Assembly: GCA_964436275.1 (NCBI GenBank)
Contig: CAYTBZ010000005.1
Span: 1 to 52,071, forward strand
Origin: an uncultured Gammaproteobacteria bacterium
GTDB taxonomy: Bacteria > Patescibacteriota > Patescibacteriia > UBA2591 > CAYTBZ01
DNA length: 52,071 nucleotides
Direction: 5' to 3'
Position numbers and translations under genes: made by a program. Of this stretch, positions 9,229-18,137 are shown piece after piece (position 1 is the first letter of the stretch; each line of letters starts with the position of its first letter). The notes beneath the pieces were generated by a model. The model had not been told where the DNA came from and ran no database searches. It saw only the letters and a list, made by a program, of their open reading frames with translations.

Positions 9229-9591
9229 TTACAATTTTTTTATTTGTTCCAACTTTTCTTCTAAGTAAACAATTTGACTACGGAAAGCCTTTCTTGCTTC
9301 TGGAAACTTGTTTTTAAGCAACTTATGCTTGAAATTGCCTATTCTTCTTTTTATTATTCCTTCTATCTCTTCTTTGACCTTTTCTCTTACTTTTTTATCT
9401 TTTATTTTTCTAACCACTTCTATAGCTTGCCAAAGTTCGTCTGCTTCGGCTAACAAAATAGAAAAACGACTTCCTAATTCTGGACTAATTTTTTTCAAAA
9501 AGGTAGATTCTTTGAAAGCAAGTAGTAAGGCTCCTTTGGAGAGATACTCTCTAATGCGCTTCTCTCTTTCTTCATCAGTTACTCTTAGCAT
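9229..9591 (-). CDS. Hypothetical alpha-helical protein downstream of dnaA
   Basis: 120 aa; AAGGAGGT Shine-Dalgarno before the ATG; terminator follows; preferred over the antisense ORF 9308..9595. Confidence 0.7.
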   Translation of the reverse strand: MLRVTDEEREKRIREYLSKGALLLAFKESTFLKKISPELGSRFSILLAEADELWQAIEVVRKIKDKKVREKVKEEIEGIIKRRIGNFKHKLLKNKFPEARKAFRSQIVYLEEKLEQIKKL

Positions 9592-9617
9592 TTAAACCTC
9601 CTTTTTAAGGTTCAATT

Positions 9618-10988
9618 TTACTTATTATAAATTCTTTCTTTGATTAAGTCAATATCTTCTTTTACTTTTCCTTCTTGTTCCACCATTCTTTTTATTTTAC
9701 GAAAAGCATGAATAGCAGTTGTGTGATCTCGTCCGCCAAATTCTTCACCAATACTAGGATAAGAAGCATCAAGTTCAGTTCTTAAAAGATACATTGCTAC
9801 TTGACGAGGCAAAGCAACTTTCTTCCGACGATTTTTAGAAAGAGTTAAATCATCCCTTTTAAGACCATAATAATTAGCCACTGCTTCAATAACCTGCTTT
9901 GGTGTTACTGATTTCTTTTCTGCTTTGGCTATCAAAGCAGAAAGGACATTTTTAGCTGTTTCTAAAGTGGGTTTCACATCATAAAATTCATGATAAGCAA
10001 TAATTCTATTGAGAGCCCCTTCTAATTCGCGGACATTAGTTTGGATATTGGCAGCAATATATTGAACAATTTCATCATTTAATTCATAATCTCTTTCTTT
10101 TAATTTTGCTTTAAGAATGGCTATTCTTGTTTCCAATTTAGGAGGAGCAATATCAACAATCATTCCCATTTGAAAACGAGATTTTAATCTTTCTTCCAAA
10201 GCAGGGATTGCCTGAGGAGGCCGATCAGAAGTAAGGACAATTTGTCTTTCCCTTTGATGAAGTTCATTGAATGTATGGAAAAATTCTTCTTGCGTCCTCT
10301 CTTTTCCGGAAATAAATTGAATATCATCAATTAAAAGAACATCAATATTGCGATAATTCGCTTTAAAATTATTAATTTTCCCTGTCCTAATCGCTTCAAC
10401 ATACTCATTGGTAAAATTTTCAGCGCTCAAATAAAGAACACGTTTAGAAGGATATTTTTTTACCACCTCATTGCCAATTGCTTGGATAAGATGCGTTTTA
10501 CCTAAACCAACTCCTCCATAAATAAAAAGAGGGTTATATTTTTTACCCAAATTGTTAACTACTCCCAAACAAGCCGCTTGAGCCAATTCATTTCCCTCGC
10601 CAACAACAAAATTTTTAAAAGTATAACGAGGATTTAAGCCAAATTTATTAACTTTTTCCTTAGAAACTATTGGCGTCTTAAATTCTCTTTTTTCTTTTTT
10701 AGAAAAAATATCTTCTAACTTTATCTTTTCTTTTTTTAATTGTACCTTATAACAAACTTTCTTTATTTTATTATCTGTTGCTTCTTTTAAACTATTTAAA
10801 ATTATTTTATGATATTTTTTTTCTAACCAGGCCTGAGTAAAAGCATTGGGAACGGCAATAACTACCTCCTCCTTTTTTTTATCCCAAGAAGAAATAAAAG
10901 TATTTTTAAACCAAGTAGTAAAACTTGCCTTGCTTAATTTTAGTTCTAAATCTGCTAAAACTGTCTGCCAAAGTTCTTCTTTAGTCAT
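9618..10988 (-). CDS. dnaA: Chromosomal replication initiator DnaA
   Basis: LNPRYTF, YNPLFIYGGVGLGKTHL, LLIDDIQF, QEEFFHTFN, NVRELEGAL and GGRDHTT motifs. Confidence 0.98.
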   Translation of the reverse strand: MTKEELWQTVLADLELKLSKASFTTWFKNTFISSWDKKKEEVVIAVPNAFTQAWLEKKYHKIILNSLKEATDNKIKKVCYKVQLKKEKIKLEDIFSKKEKREFKTPIVSKEKVNKFGLNPRYTFKNFVVGEGNELAQAACLGVVNNLGKKYNPLFIYGGVGLGKTHLIQAIGNEVVKKYPSKRVLYLSAENFTNEYVEAIRTGKINNFKANYRNIDVLLIDDIQFISGKERTQEEFFHTFNELHQRERQIVLTSDRPPQAIPALEERLKSRFQMGMIVDIAPPKLETRIAILKAKLKERDYELNDEIVQYIAANIQTNVRELEGALNRIIAYHEFYDVKPTLETAKNVLSALIAKAEKKSVTPKQVIEAVANYYGLKRDDLTLSKNRRKKVALPRQVAMYLLRTELDASYPSIGEEFGGRDHTTAIHAFRKIKRMVEQEGKVKEDIDLIKERIYNK

Positions 10989-11049
10989 TTTATAAAATTA
11001 AAATCTATTATTAATGTTAAAATTTTTGAGATATTTGTAAAGAAAATAA

Positions 11050-11109
11050 AAGTTGATAAATTGTGGATTATTTGTGGATAAAATTAAATAATCAAAAACT
11101 TATCAACTT
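11050..11109. promoter_or_regulatory. DnaA-box cluster (candidate oriC and/or dnaA autoregulatory site)
   Basis: Perfect box TGTGGATAA (11073-11081), one-mismatch box TGTGGATTA (11062-11070), and a 10-bp inverted pair AAGTTGATAA (11050-11059)/TTATCAACTT (11100-11109), next to a very AT-rich tract. Confidence 0.65.
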
Positions 11110-11165
11110 GCCAAAATTAAAAAATTCATTTAAGATTTATTATAATATAAATAATACAATAACTT

Positions 11166-11372
11166 ATGGCTCTACCAACTCAGAAAAGAACAAAAAGTTC
11201 CAAAAAGAAAAGAGGGCTTCATTTGAAATTAGAAAAAATAAATTATATCCTCTGTCCAAAATGTGGCCATCCTGTTCTTCCTCATCATGTTTGCTCTTTC
11301 TGTGGAACCTATGCGGGAAAAGAGATTTTAGAAATCAAGTTTGATAAAAAAATTAAAAAAGAGAAAAAATAA
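11166..11372 (+). CDS. rpmF: 50S ribosomal protein bL32
   Basis: MALPTQKRTKSSKKKR, CPKCGHPVLPHHVCSFCGTY zinc-ribbon motif. Confidence 0.96.
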   Translation: MALPTQKRTKSSKKKRGLHLKLEKINYILCPKCGHPVLPHHVCSFCGTYAGKEILEIKFDKKIKKEKK

Positions 11373-11390
11373 CTTTAAATATTAATCCTT

Positions 11391-11840
11391 ATGGCAAACC
11401 GACATCTTTCTCGAAGTATTGCTATGCAAACTCTTTACCAATGGGATTTCAATGGACAAAAAAATGAGGAAATCCCCAAAATTCTAAATTATCAATTAAA
11501 AGAGTTTGCACCCTCTTTAAAAAGCGACCAATTTGCCAAAAGTCTTATCAAGGGTGTGCTTAAACACTTAAAAGAAATAGATTCTTATATAAAAAAATAC
11601 GCCCCAGAATGGCCAATAGAACAAATTACTATTATTGACCGAAACATTTTAAGGTTAGGCATCTATGAATTAGTTTTCTCTCCAGAAATTCCTCCTAAAG
11701 TAGCCATTAATGAAGCAATTGAGTTAGCCAAAACTTTTGGCGGTCCTTCTTCAGGAAAATTCGTAAATGGAGTTTTAGGGGCAATTTATGAAAAAGAAGG
11801 AATAAAAGAAAAAGAAGAAAAATCAAAGAAAAATAAATAA
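11391..11840 (+). CDS. nusB: Transcription antitermination factor NusB
   Basis: [37 protein letters not shown] and FVNGVLG motifs. Confidence 0.96.
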   Translation: MANRHLSRSIAMQTLYQWDFNGQKNEEIPKILNYQLKEFAPSLKSDQFAKSLIKGVLKHLKEIDSYIKKYAPEWPIEQITIIDRNILRLGIYELVFSPEIPPKVAINEAIELAKTFGGPSSGKFVNGVLGAIYEKEGIKEKEEKSKKNK

Positions 11841-11841
11841 T

Positions 11842-12531
11842 ATGAAAAATTTTTCTCTTTTAGAAAAGAAAATAAAAATAAAGTTTAAAAACAAGGATTT
11901 ACTTAAACAAGCATTTGTCCATCGTTCTTACCTAAACGAGCACCCTGACTTTCCTCTTTCCCATAATGAAAGGTTAGAATTTTTAGGAGATGCTGTTTTA
12001 GAAATAGTTGTTACTGACTATCTTTACCGTCATTACCCCAATCCTGAAGGGGAACTAACTAATTGGCGTGCTAGTTTAGTTAAAGCACAAACTTTATCAA
12101 AAATTGCCTTAGAACTTGGTTTAAATAATTATCTTTACCTTAGTAAAGGAGAGGAAAAAGACCCTCAACCAAAAGCAAGAAAATATATATTAGCCAATTG
12201 TTTAGAAGCGCTTATTGGAGCAATTTACTTAGATAGGGGCTTAAAAACAGCAAAAAAATTTATTGAAAAATATATTTTAAAAGAATTACCTTATATTCTA
12301 GAACATAAACTTTATTTAGACCCAAAAACAAAATTTCAAGAAGCAGCCCAAGAACATCTATCAATTACCCCCAGTTATAAAGTTTTAAAAGAGTGGGGAC
12401 CGGCTCATGCCCGTCGGTTTAAAGTAGGGGTCTTTTTAAATAAAGAAATGGTTGCCTCTGGAGAAGGAACGAGTAAACAAGAAGCAGAAATGGAAGCGAC
12501 TAAAAAAGCCCTAAAAAAGAAAGGATGGTAA
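11842..12531 (+). CDS. rnc: Ribonuclease III
   Basis: NERLEFLGDAVL signature, ANCLEALIGAIYLD, C-terminal dsRBD (DPKTKFQE...GTSKQEAE). Confidence 0.97.
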   Translation: MKNFSLLEKKIKIKFKNKDLLKQAFVHRSYLNEHPDFPLSHNERLEFLGDAVLEIVVTDYLYRHYPNPEGELTNWRASLVKAQTLSKIALELGLNNYLYLSKGEEKDPQPKARKYILANCLEALIGAIYLDRGLKTAKKFIEKYILKELPYILEHKLYLDPKTKFQEAAQEHLSITPSYKVLKEWGPAHARRFKVGVFLNKEMVASGEGTSKQEAEMEATKKALKKKGW

Positions 12532-12540
12532 TTTGAAAAT

Positions 12541-14811
12541 ATGTATCTGGAAAAAATAGAACTATTTGGCTTTAAATCGTTTGCTCAAAAAACTATTTTA
12601 AAATTTACTCCGGAAATTACCTGCATTGTTGGACCTAATGGTTCAGGAAAATCAAATATTGTTGATTCCATTCGCTGGGTCACCGGAGAACAAAGCTTGA
12701 AAATACTCCGAGGAAAAAAATCAGAAGATATTATTTTCTCTGGTTCCAATAAAAAACCTCGGTCAAACTTAGCTGAGGTTTCTTTATATTTAAATAATGA
12801 AGGAAACAAAAAATTAAATGATTATCCTAGCACTATAGTTTTATCTCGCCGTCTATTTAGAAATGGAGAAAATGAATATCTGCTTAATAAACAAAAAGTA
12901 CGACTCCAAGACATTGTTCTTCTTTTAGCACAAATTAATTTGGGACAAAAAAGTTATGGTATTGTCAGTCAAGGAATGACTGATTATATTCTTTTTTGTT
13001 CTCCTAAAGAAAGGAAAAATTTTTTTGATGAGGCAGTAGGTGTAAAACATTACCAAATCAAAAAAGAAAAAGCACTTAATCAATTAAAAAGGGCTTTGGT
13101 AAATCTTAAGCAAGGAGAATTGATGTTGGCAGAAATAAAGCCAAGATTACGCTCTCTTACCCGCCAAGTAAATCGTCTTAAAAGAAGAGAAGAAATTGAA
13201 AAAAATCTAAAAGAATTAGAAAAAAAATATTATGGTTTTTTCTGGAGAAAAGTTGAAAAAGAATATAATAAAGAAAAGGAGAGAGAAAAAGAAATCAATC
13301 AAAAATATCAAAATCAACTTGAAAAGGTAAACAAACTAAAAAAACAATTAAATCAGATAATGTCAGAAGAGGAAAAGGGAGGAGAGTTATCGAATCTTCA
13401 AAACGAATACGAAAAAGTTTTGAAAATAAAAAATGAACTCATATCTCAGCAGGCCTTATTAAGAGGAAAAATTCTTATAGAAAAGGAAAAGTTATCACAG
13501 AGAGAAAAAGAGAAAGAAATAAATTTTAATCAAGATGACTTGAAACGACTCATTAATTTTCTAAAAGAGATTGATTTAGACCAAGAAAAAATAATCGAAA
13601 TCATAGAAAAAACTAACTCAATAAAGGAGTTAAAAGCGATTAAAAATAAAATAGAAAATATCCAAGAAAAAATTCGTAATTTTCTTAGTAAAATCCAAAA
13701 AAATGAATATTCACCAACTTTTGACGATAAAATTTTAAAAAAATTAGAAAAAGAAAATCAAACTATTATTCAAAAATTAGAAAACATTGAAAAAGAAGTT
13801 CAAAAAATCAAAGAAAAAATCAATCAATATACTCAAAGAGAGGCAACAAAGAGGAAACATATATTTGAACTTCAAAAAAATTATCAAAAAGCACAAAATC
13901 TACTCGACATCCTTAATAATGAACTTAATGAAATAAAGATTAATATCAGCAGAATAGAAACAAAAAAAGAGGACCTTAAAAATGAAATTACGAAAAGAAT
14001 AGGAGATATTAATTTAATAAAAGAAACTTCTGAAGAAGAAATCATTCCAGAAGAATTAGAGGAAAAAATAAATAAACTTCGCTATCAAATAGAAATAATT
14101 GGCGGGATAGATCCAGAAACAGTAAAGGAATATGAAGAAACTAAAAGCCGTTTTGATTTTCTCTCTAACCAAATTGATGATTTAAAAAAAACAATAACCT
14201 CACTTAATAAATTAATAAAAGAATTGGACGAAAAAATTAAAAACCAATTTAACCAAGCCCTAAAAGAGATTAATCAGCAGTTTGATAAATATTTTAAACT
14301 TATTTTTGGAGGAGGGAAGGCACAATTAATTTTACGCGAAGAAACTATTGCTCAAAAAGAAAACGATACTAATCTAGATGAAAAAGAAACAAATTTAGAA
14401 AAAGAGGAAACAAAAACACCCTCTTTAGAGATAGCAAAAGACAAAGAAACATTCTCAGGTTTAGAGGTTTCTGCTTCTTTACCTAGAAAAAAAATAAAAA
14501 GCATTCATGCCTTTTCTGGAGGAGAAAAAGCCCTTACTTCCTTGGCTCTTATCTGTTCTATTATTGCTTATAACCCCCCTCCTTTTGTTATTTTAGACGA
14601 AGCTGATGCTGCTCTTGATGAAGCAAATTCTCAAAAATTTGTCTCTATTTTAGAACAACTTTCTCAAAAAACTCAATTTATTATTATTACTCATAATAGA
14701 GTAACTATGGAAAAGGCAAAAATTCTATATGGAGTCACTATGGACGAAGAGGGAACTTCAAAAATTCTCAGTTTAAATTTAGTTGAGGCAGAAAAAGTAG
14801 CCAAAAAATAA
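12541..14811 (+). CDS. smc: SMC-family ATPase (short, no recognisable hinge)
   Basis: GFKSFA, VGPNGSGKSN Walker A, FSGGEKALT signature, ILDEADAALDEAN Walker B/D-loop, IITHN; long coiled coils; follows rnc. Confidence 0.85.
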   Translation: MYLEKIELFGFKSFAQKTILKFTPEITCIVGPNGSGKSNIVDSIRWVTGEQSLKILRGKKSEDIIFSGSNKKPRSNLAEVSLYLNNEGNKKLNDYPSTIVLSRRLFRNGENEYLLNKQKVRLQDIVLLLAQINLGQKSYGIVSQGMTDYILFCSPKERKNFFDEAVGVKHYQIKKEKALNQLKRALVNLKQGELMLAEIKPRLRSLTRQVNRLKRREEIEKNLKELEKKYYGFFWRKVEKEYNKEKEREKEINQKYQNQLEKVNKLKKQLNQIMSEEEKGGELSNLQNEYEKVLKIKNELISQQALLRGKILIEKEKLSQREKEKEINFNQDDLKRLINFLKEIDLDQEKIIEIIEKTNSIKELKAIKNKIENIQEKIRNFLSKIQKNEYSPTFDDKILKKLEKENQTIIQKLENIEKEVQKIKEKINQYTQREATKRKHIFELQKNYQKAQNLLDILNNELNEIKINISRIETKKEDLKNEITKRIGDINLIKETSEEEIIPEELEEKINKLRYQIEIIGGIDPETVKEYEETKSRFDFLSNQIDDLKKTITSLNKLIKELDEKIKNQFNQALKEINQQFDKYFKLIFGGGKAQLILREETIAQKENDTNLDEKETNLEKEETKTPSLEIAKDKETFSGLEVSASLPRKKIKSIHAFSGGEKALTSLALICSIIAYNPPPFVILDEADAALDEANSQKFVSILEQLSQKTQFIIITHNRVTMEKAKILYGVTMDEEGTSKILSLNLVEAEKVAKK

Positions 14812-14822
14812 TTATTTCTTAA

Positions 14823-14859
14823 AAAATTAAAAATCTCTTAAAAAGAGATTTTTAATTTT
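14823..14859. terminator. Bidirectional terminator between smc and galT-like gene
   Basis: Perfect 17-bp inverted repeat AAAATTAAAAATCTCTT/AAGAGATTTTTAATTTT between convergent genes. Confidence 0.65.
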
Positions 14860-14868
14860 GGTTAAAAA

Positions 14869-15777
14869 TTATTTTTCTCCACGATAAAATTTTGCTGCTT
14901 TTTCAGGAGAAATAGGATTAATAATTATTCCTGAACCAATCTCTACTCCTGCCCAAACCGATCCACGAGGAATAATTTTCATATAAAGATGCTGGTCCTC
15001 ATCATTTATAACTTGGTGAAAATAATAATTATAAGGCAAACCCAACTTTCTAACTTTTTTCAAAATTATTTTCAAAATTTTAGCAAAGGATTTAATCTCC
15101 TCTTTATTTAAATTAGAAATATTATCAACATGCCTTATAGGCATAATCCAGACCTCATAATTATGCATTGAAGCATAAGGACAAAAAGCAATTATATGTT
15201 TATCTTTATAAATTAGCCTACTACTTCTACTTTCTTTCTTAATAATATCACAATAAACACAACTTCCGTGTCTTAACATATATTCATGACACTTTTGAGA
15301 TTTATCAAAAACATGAGGAGGAATAAAGTCAGTAGCAAAAATTTGTGAATGAGAATGAGAAATAGAGGCACCAGCCGCTGCTCCACTATTCTTAAAAATC
15401 AAAATATAAGCAATTCTCTTATTCTTAGAAATCTCATAGGTCCTTTGAGCATAAACCTCTAACAATTTCCTAATATGCCTTTCGGGTAAATCCTCCAATT
15501 CTCTAAAATGGTTAGGCGTTTCAATCACTATCTCCTGAAGACCATATGCCTTTGGATTGTTTAAACTAACTGCTGGATAAATATTTTTAATAACTTTAAT
15601 TAGCCAGTTCTTTTCTGAGCCAACAGTAAGAATAGCCTTAACTTTATTCACTTTTTCCGGACAAAAAGCGCAAGGTGTCTTCTCTCCCCAACCTATTTGA
15701 TGAGGTCTCCGCGCTCTTTTAGGCGCAATAATAACATACTTATCTTGAATATAGTCCTTTCTCAATTCTGACATCAT
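14869..15777 (-). CDS. GalT-like (HIT superfamily) nucleotidyltransferase
   Basis: MSELRKD N-terminus, CAFC zinc motif, QEIVIETP, FKNSG...GASISHSHSQ (HxHxQ nucleophile motif), CVYCD. Confidence 0.85.
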   Translation of the reverse strand: MMSELRKDYIQDKYVIIAPKRARRPHQIGWGEKTPCAFCPEKVNKVKAILTVGSEKNWLIKVIKNIYPAVSLNNPKAYGLQEIVIETPNHFRELEDLPERHIRKLLEVYAQRTYEISKNKRIAYILIFKNSGAAAGASISHSHSQIFATDFIPPHVFDKSQKCHEYMLRHGSCVYCDIIKKESRSSRLIYKDKHIIAFCPYASMHNYEVWIMPIRHVDNISNLNKEEIKSFAKILKIILKKVRKLGLPYNYYFHQVINDEDQHLYMKIIPRGSVWAGVEIGSGIIINPISPEKAAKFYRGEK

Positions 15778-15788
15778 AAAGTTATTTA

Positions 15789-17228
15789 TTAATTATTAAA
15801 AAGTTTTTGATAAAGTTCTAAATATTTTTGAGCAGATTTAGACCAAGAAAAATCAGCTTTCATCGCTCTAATTTGCATCTTTTTCCATTTTTCTTTCTCT
15901 TGATAGAAAATTCTTACTGCTTTTTTAAACGACTTTAGAAAATCCTGAGGGTCATAATTTTCAAAAGTAAAACCTGTCTCTCCTTCAATGACTGTATCCT
16001 TTAACCCGCCAGTACTTCTAACCAGAGGTAAAGTCCCATAACGAAAAGCGATTAATTGACAAAGCCCGCAAGGTTCAAAACGAGAAGGCATTAACAAAAG
16101 ATCACTACCAGCATAAATTTTACGCGCTAATTTAGGGTCAAATTTAATTTGGGCAGATACAGAAAAAGGATATTTATCAGCCATTTCTCGAACTAATTTC
16201 TCATATTTTTGACTACCCTTTCCTAATATCACCAACTGAACTTTCTCCCTCATTATCTCATCAATTGCTGAGTAAATCAAGTCAACTCCTTTTTGAAAAG
16301 TTAAACGACCAATAAAACTAAGTAAAAGCATTTCCTTATCTAATGGAAGGCCAACTGTTTCTTGAAGGTCAATTTTGTTTTCTTTTTTTCTTTCTAAATT
16401 TTGCCAAGAATATCTTATTTTTATTTCCTTATCTGTCTGAGGGTTAAAATATTCTTTATCTATCCCATTAAGGATACCGTATAAATCATTTTTTCTCTTT
16501 CTTAGAACATTTTCTAAATTTTTGCCGAATTCTTTAGTTAAAATTTCTTGAGCATAGGTTGGGCTAACTGTATTAATTAAATCAGCATTTAAAATACCTT
16601 GTTGAAGTAAGTTTATATCTTTACCATAAGGGCCAATTGGCTGTTCTTTTAGAGTTGGCCAATCGTTTTCTTCTAATCCTAAAAAAGATAAGATTTCTTT
16701 TGCCCCCCATATTCCTTGATTGGCTAAGTTGTGAATGGTAAGCAATGTTTTTATCTTTTCTTTTCTGATTTTTATTAATAAAGGAATGACTGCTGTATGC
16801 CAATCATGACAATGAAGAATATCTGGTTGCCAATCAATATAAGAAAAAATTTCCAAAACAGCTTGAGAAAAGAAAAGAAATCTCTGTATCTCTCCCAAAG
16901 TATCGCAAAAGGCAGATTTGCTAAAATAAATCCCTCCTTGAGAAAGAAATTTTTTATTTTCCAAAAGATAAACAATAACTTTAGAAGAGGAAATTTCTCC
17001 TTGATAAAGATTGATTTTTTCTCCTGTTGGACTCAACTTTATTGGTATTCCTTTAAATAGCAATTTCGTCTTAAAGCCAGAATCTTTTATTGGTTGATAA
17101 TAGGGGATAGCAATGCGGATATCTTGACCCAATTTCTTTAATTCTTTAGGTAAAGAGCCAACTACATCGCCTAAACCGCCGACTTTGGCTAAAGGTGTAA
17201 GCTCTGAAGCAACAAAAAGTATTTTCAT
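15789..17228 (-). CDS. glgA: Glycogen/starch synthase (GT5), copy 2
   Basis: KVGGLGDV, HCHDWHT, TIHNLANQG, GILNGID, MPSRFEPCGL and TGGLKDTV motifs. Confidence 0.93.
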   Translation of the reverse strand: MKILFVASELTPLAKVGGLGDVVGSLPKELKKLGQDIRIAIPYYQPIKDSGFKTKLLFKGIPIKLSPTGEKINLYQGEISSSKVIVYLLENKKFLSQGGIYFSKSAFCDTLGEIQRFLFFSQAVLEIFSYIDWQPDILHCHDWHTAVIPLLIKIRKEKIKTLLTIHNLANQGIWGAKEILSFLGLEENDWPTLKEQPIGPYGKDINLLQQGILNADLINTVSPTYAQEILTKEFGKNLENVLRKRKNDLYGILNGIDKEYFNPQTDKEIKIRYSWQNLERKKENKIDLQETVGLPLDKEMLLLSFIGRLTFQKGVDLIYSAIDEIMREKVQLVILGKGSQKYEKLVREMADKYPFSVSAQIKFDPKLARKIYAGSDLLLMPSRFEPCGLCQLIAFRYGTLPLVRSTGGLKDTVIEGETGFTFENYDPQDFLKSFKKAVRIFYQEKEKWKKMQIRAMKADFSWSKSAQKYLELYQKLFNN

Positions 17229-17234
17229 TATTAT

Positions 17235-18137
17235 TTATTTAATTCTTAAAAATTTGTTTAATTCTTTAATACTAAAAGGAGGAAATTTTAAATAATCCCA
17301 AGGACTTCTAATAAAAAACCATTTATTAGGAAGTTCCCCGTGAAAATCAGAACCAATAGTAGGGAAAAGATTAAATTTATGGGCTACTTTTTGCCAATAA
17401 ATAATATCTGACCAACGATGATGAGAGGAAAGTACCTCTAAACCATCTAATCCTTTTCTCTTTAATTCTTTGATAACTCCTAAATCTTTCCAGGAAAGTT
17501 GCTGACTAGGATGGGCTAAAACCGCCTTTCCTCCTGCCTGATGAATGATTTTAATTGCCTTTCCTATCCCCACTTCGGCTTCTGGACAAATTAACCGACC
17601 TTTAATAAAAAAATACCGACCAATAACCTCAGTTAAAAGGATTGGTCTTTTTTTAAAATCTCTAACAACCCTTTTAAAATTTTCTTTAATCAGGGCCTCA
17701 GCCAGTTTATCTATACCCACATAAACAGCCGGAGTAGAAAAAACTTTTATTTCATCTATCTTCCACCCCTGCTTTCTTAAAATCTTAATACTCTTTTTTA
17801 TTATTTCTCTTTTTTTATTTTGTAAATCATTAAGGAGTTTATTTAATTTTTTATTTTTCGGATCAAAATTATAACCCAAAAGATGAAGATGGAATTTTTT
17901 GAAGAAAGTATAAATTTCCACTCCGGGAATATTTTTAAGACCAAATTTCTTAGCCCAATAATTCATCTCCTCAACCCCGTCTATTCCATTATGGTCGGTA
18001 AGGGAAATAATTTTTAAGCCCAATTTTTCTGCTTTTTTAGCCAATTCTTTGGGTGAATAAAGGCCATCAGAATAATAGGAATGGAAGTGTAAATCAATTA
18101 ATTTTTCTTTACTCATTTTATCAATTAATTTTACCAA
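17235..18137 (-). CDS. PHP-domain metal-dependent phosphoesterase (TrpH/YciV-like)
   Basis: DLHFHSYYSDG, LTDHN, GVEI, HLLGY, LAHP and GSDFHG motifs. Confidence 0.88.
   Translation of the reverse strand: MVKLIDKMSKEKLIDLHFHSYYSDGLYSPKELAKKAEKLGLKIISLTDHNGIDGVEEMNYWAKKFGLKNIPGVEIYTFFKKFHLHLLGYNFDPKNKKLNKLLNDLQNKKREIIKKSIKILRKQGWKIDEIKVFSTPAVYVGIDKLAEALIKENFKRVVRDFKKRPILLTEVIGRYFFIKGRLICPEAEVGIGKAIKIIHQAGGKAVLAHPSQQLSWKDLGVIKELKRKGLDGLEVLSSHHRWSDIIYWQKVAHKFNLFPTIGSDFHGELPNKWFFIRSPWDYLKFPPFSIKELNKFLRIK

Noticed and set aside
9308-9595. 95-aa plus-strand ORF
   Set aside because: Antisense shadow of the SD-led, terminator-flanked minus-strand gene 9229..9591.
11005-11013. DnaA-trio run (TAATAATAG on the minus strand)
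   Set aside because: Only three trios, about 50 bp from the boxes; expected by chance in AT-rich DNA.
11063-11344. 93-aa plus-strand ORF
   Set aside because: Out-of-frame overlap with the clear rpmF gene and starts inside a DnaA box.
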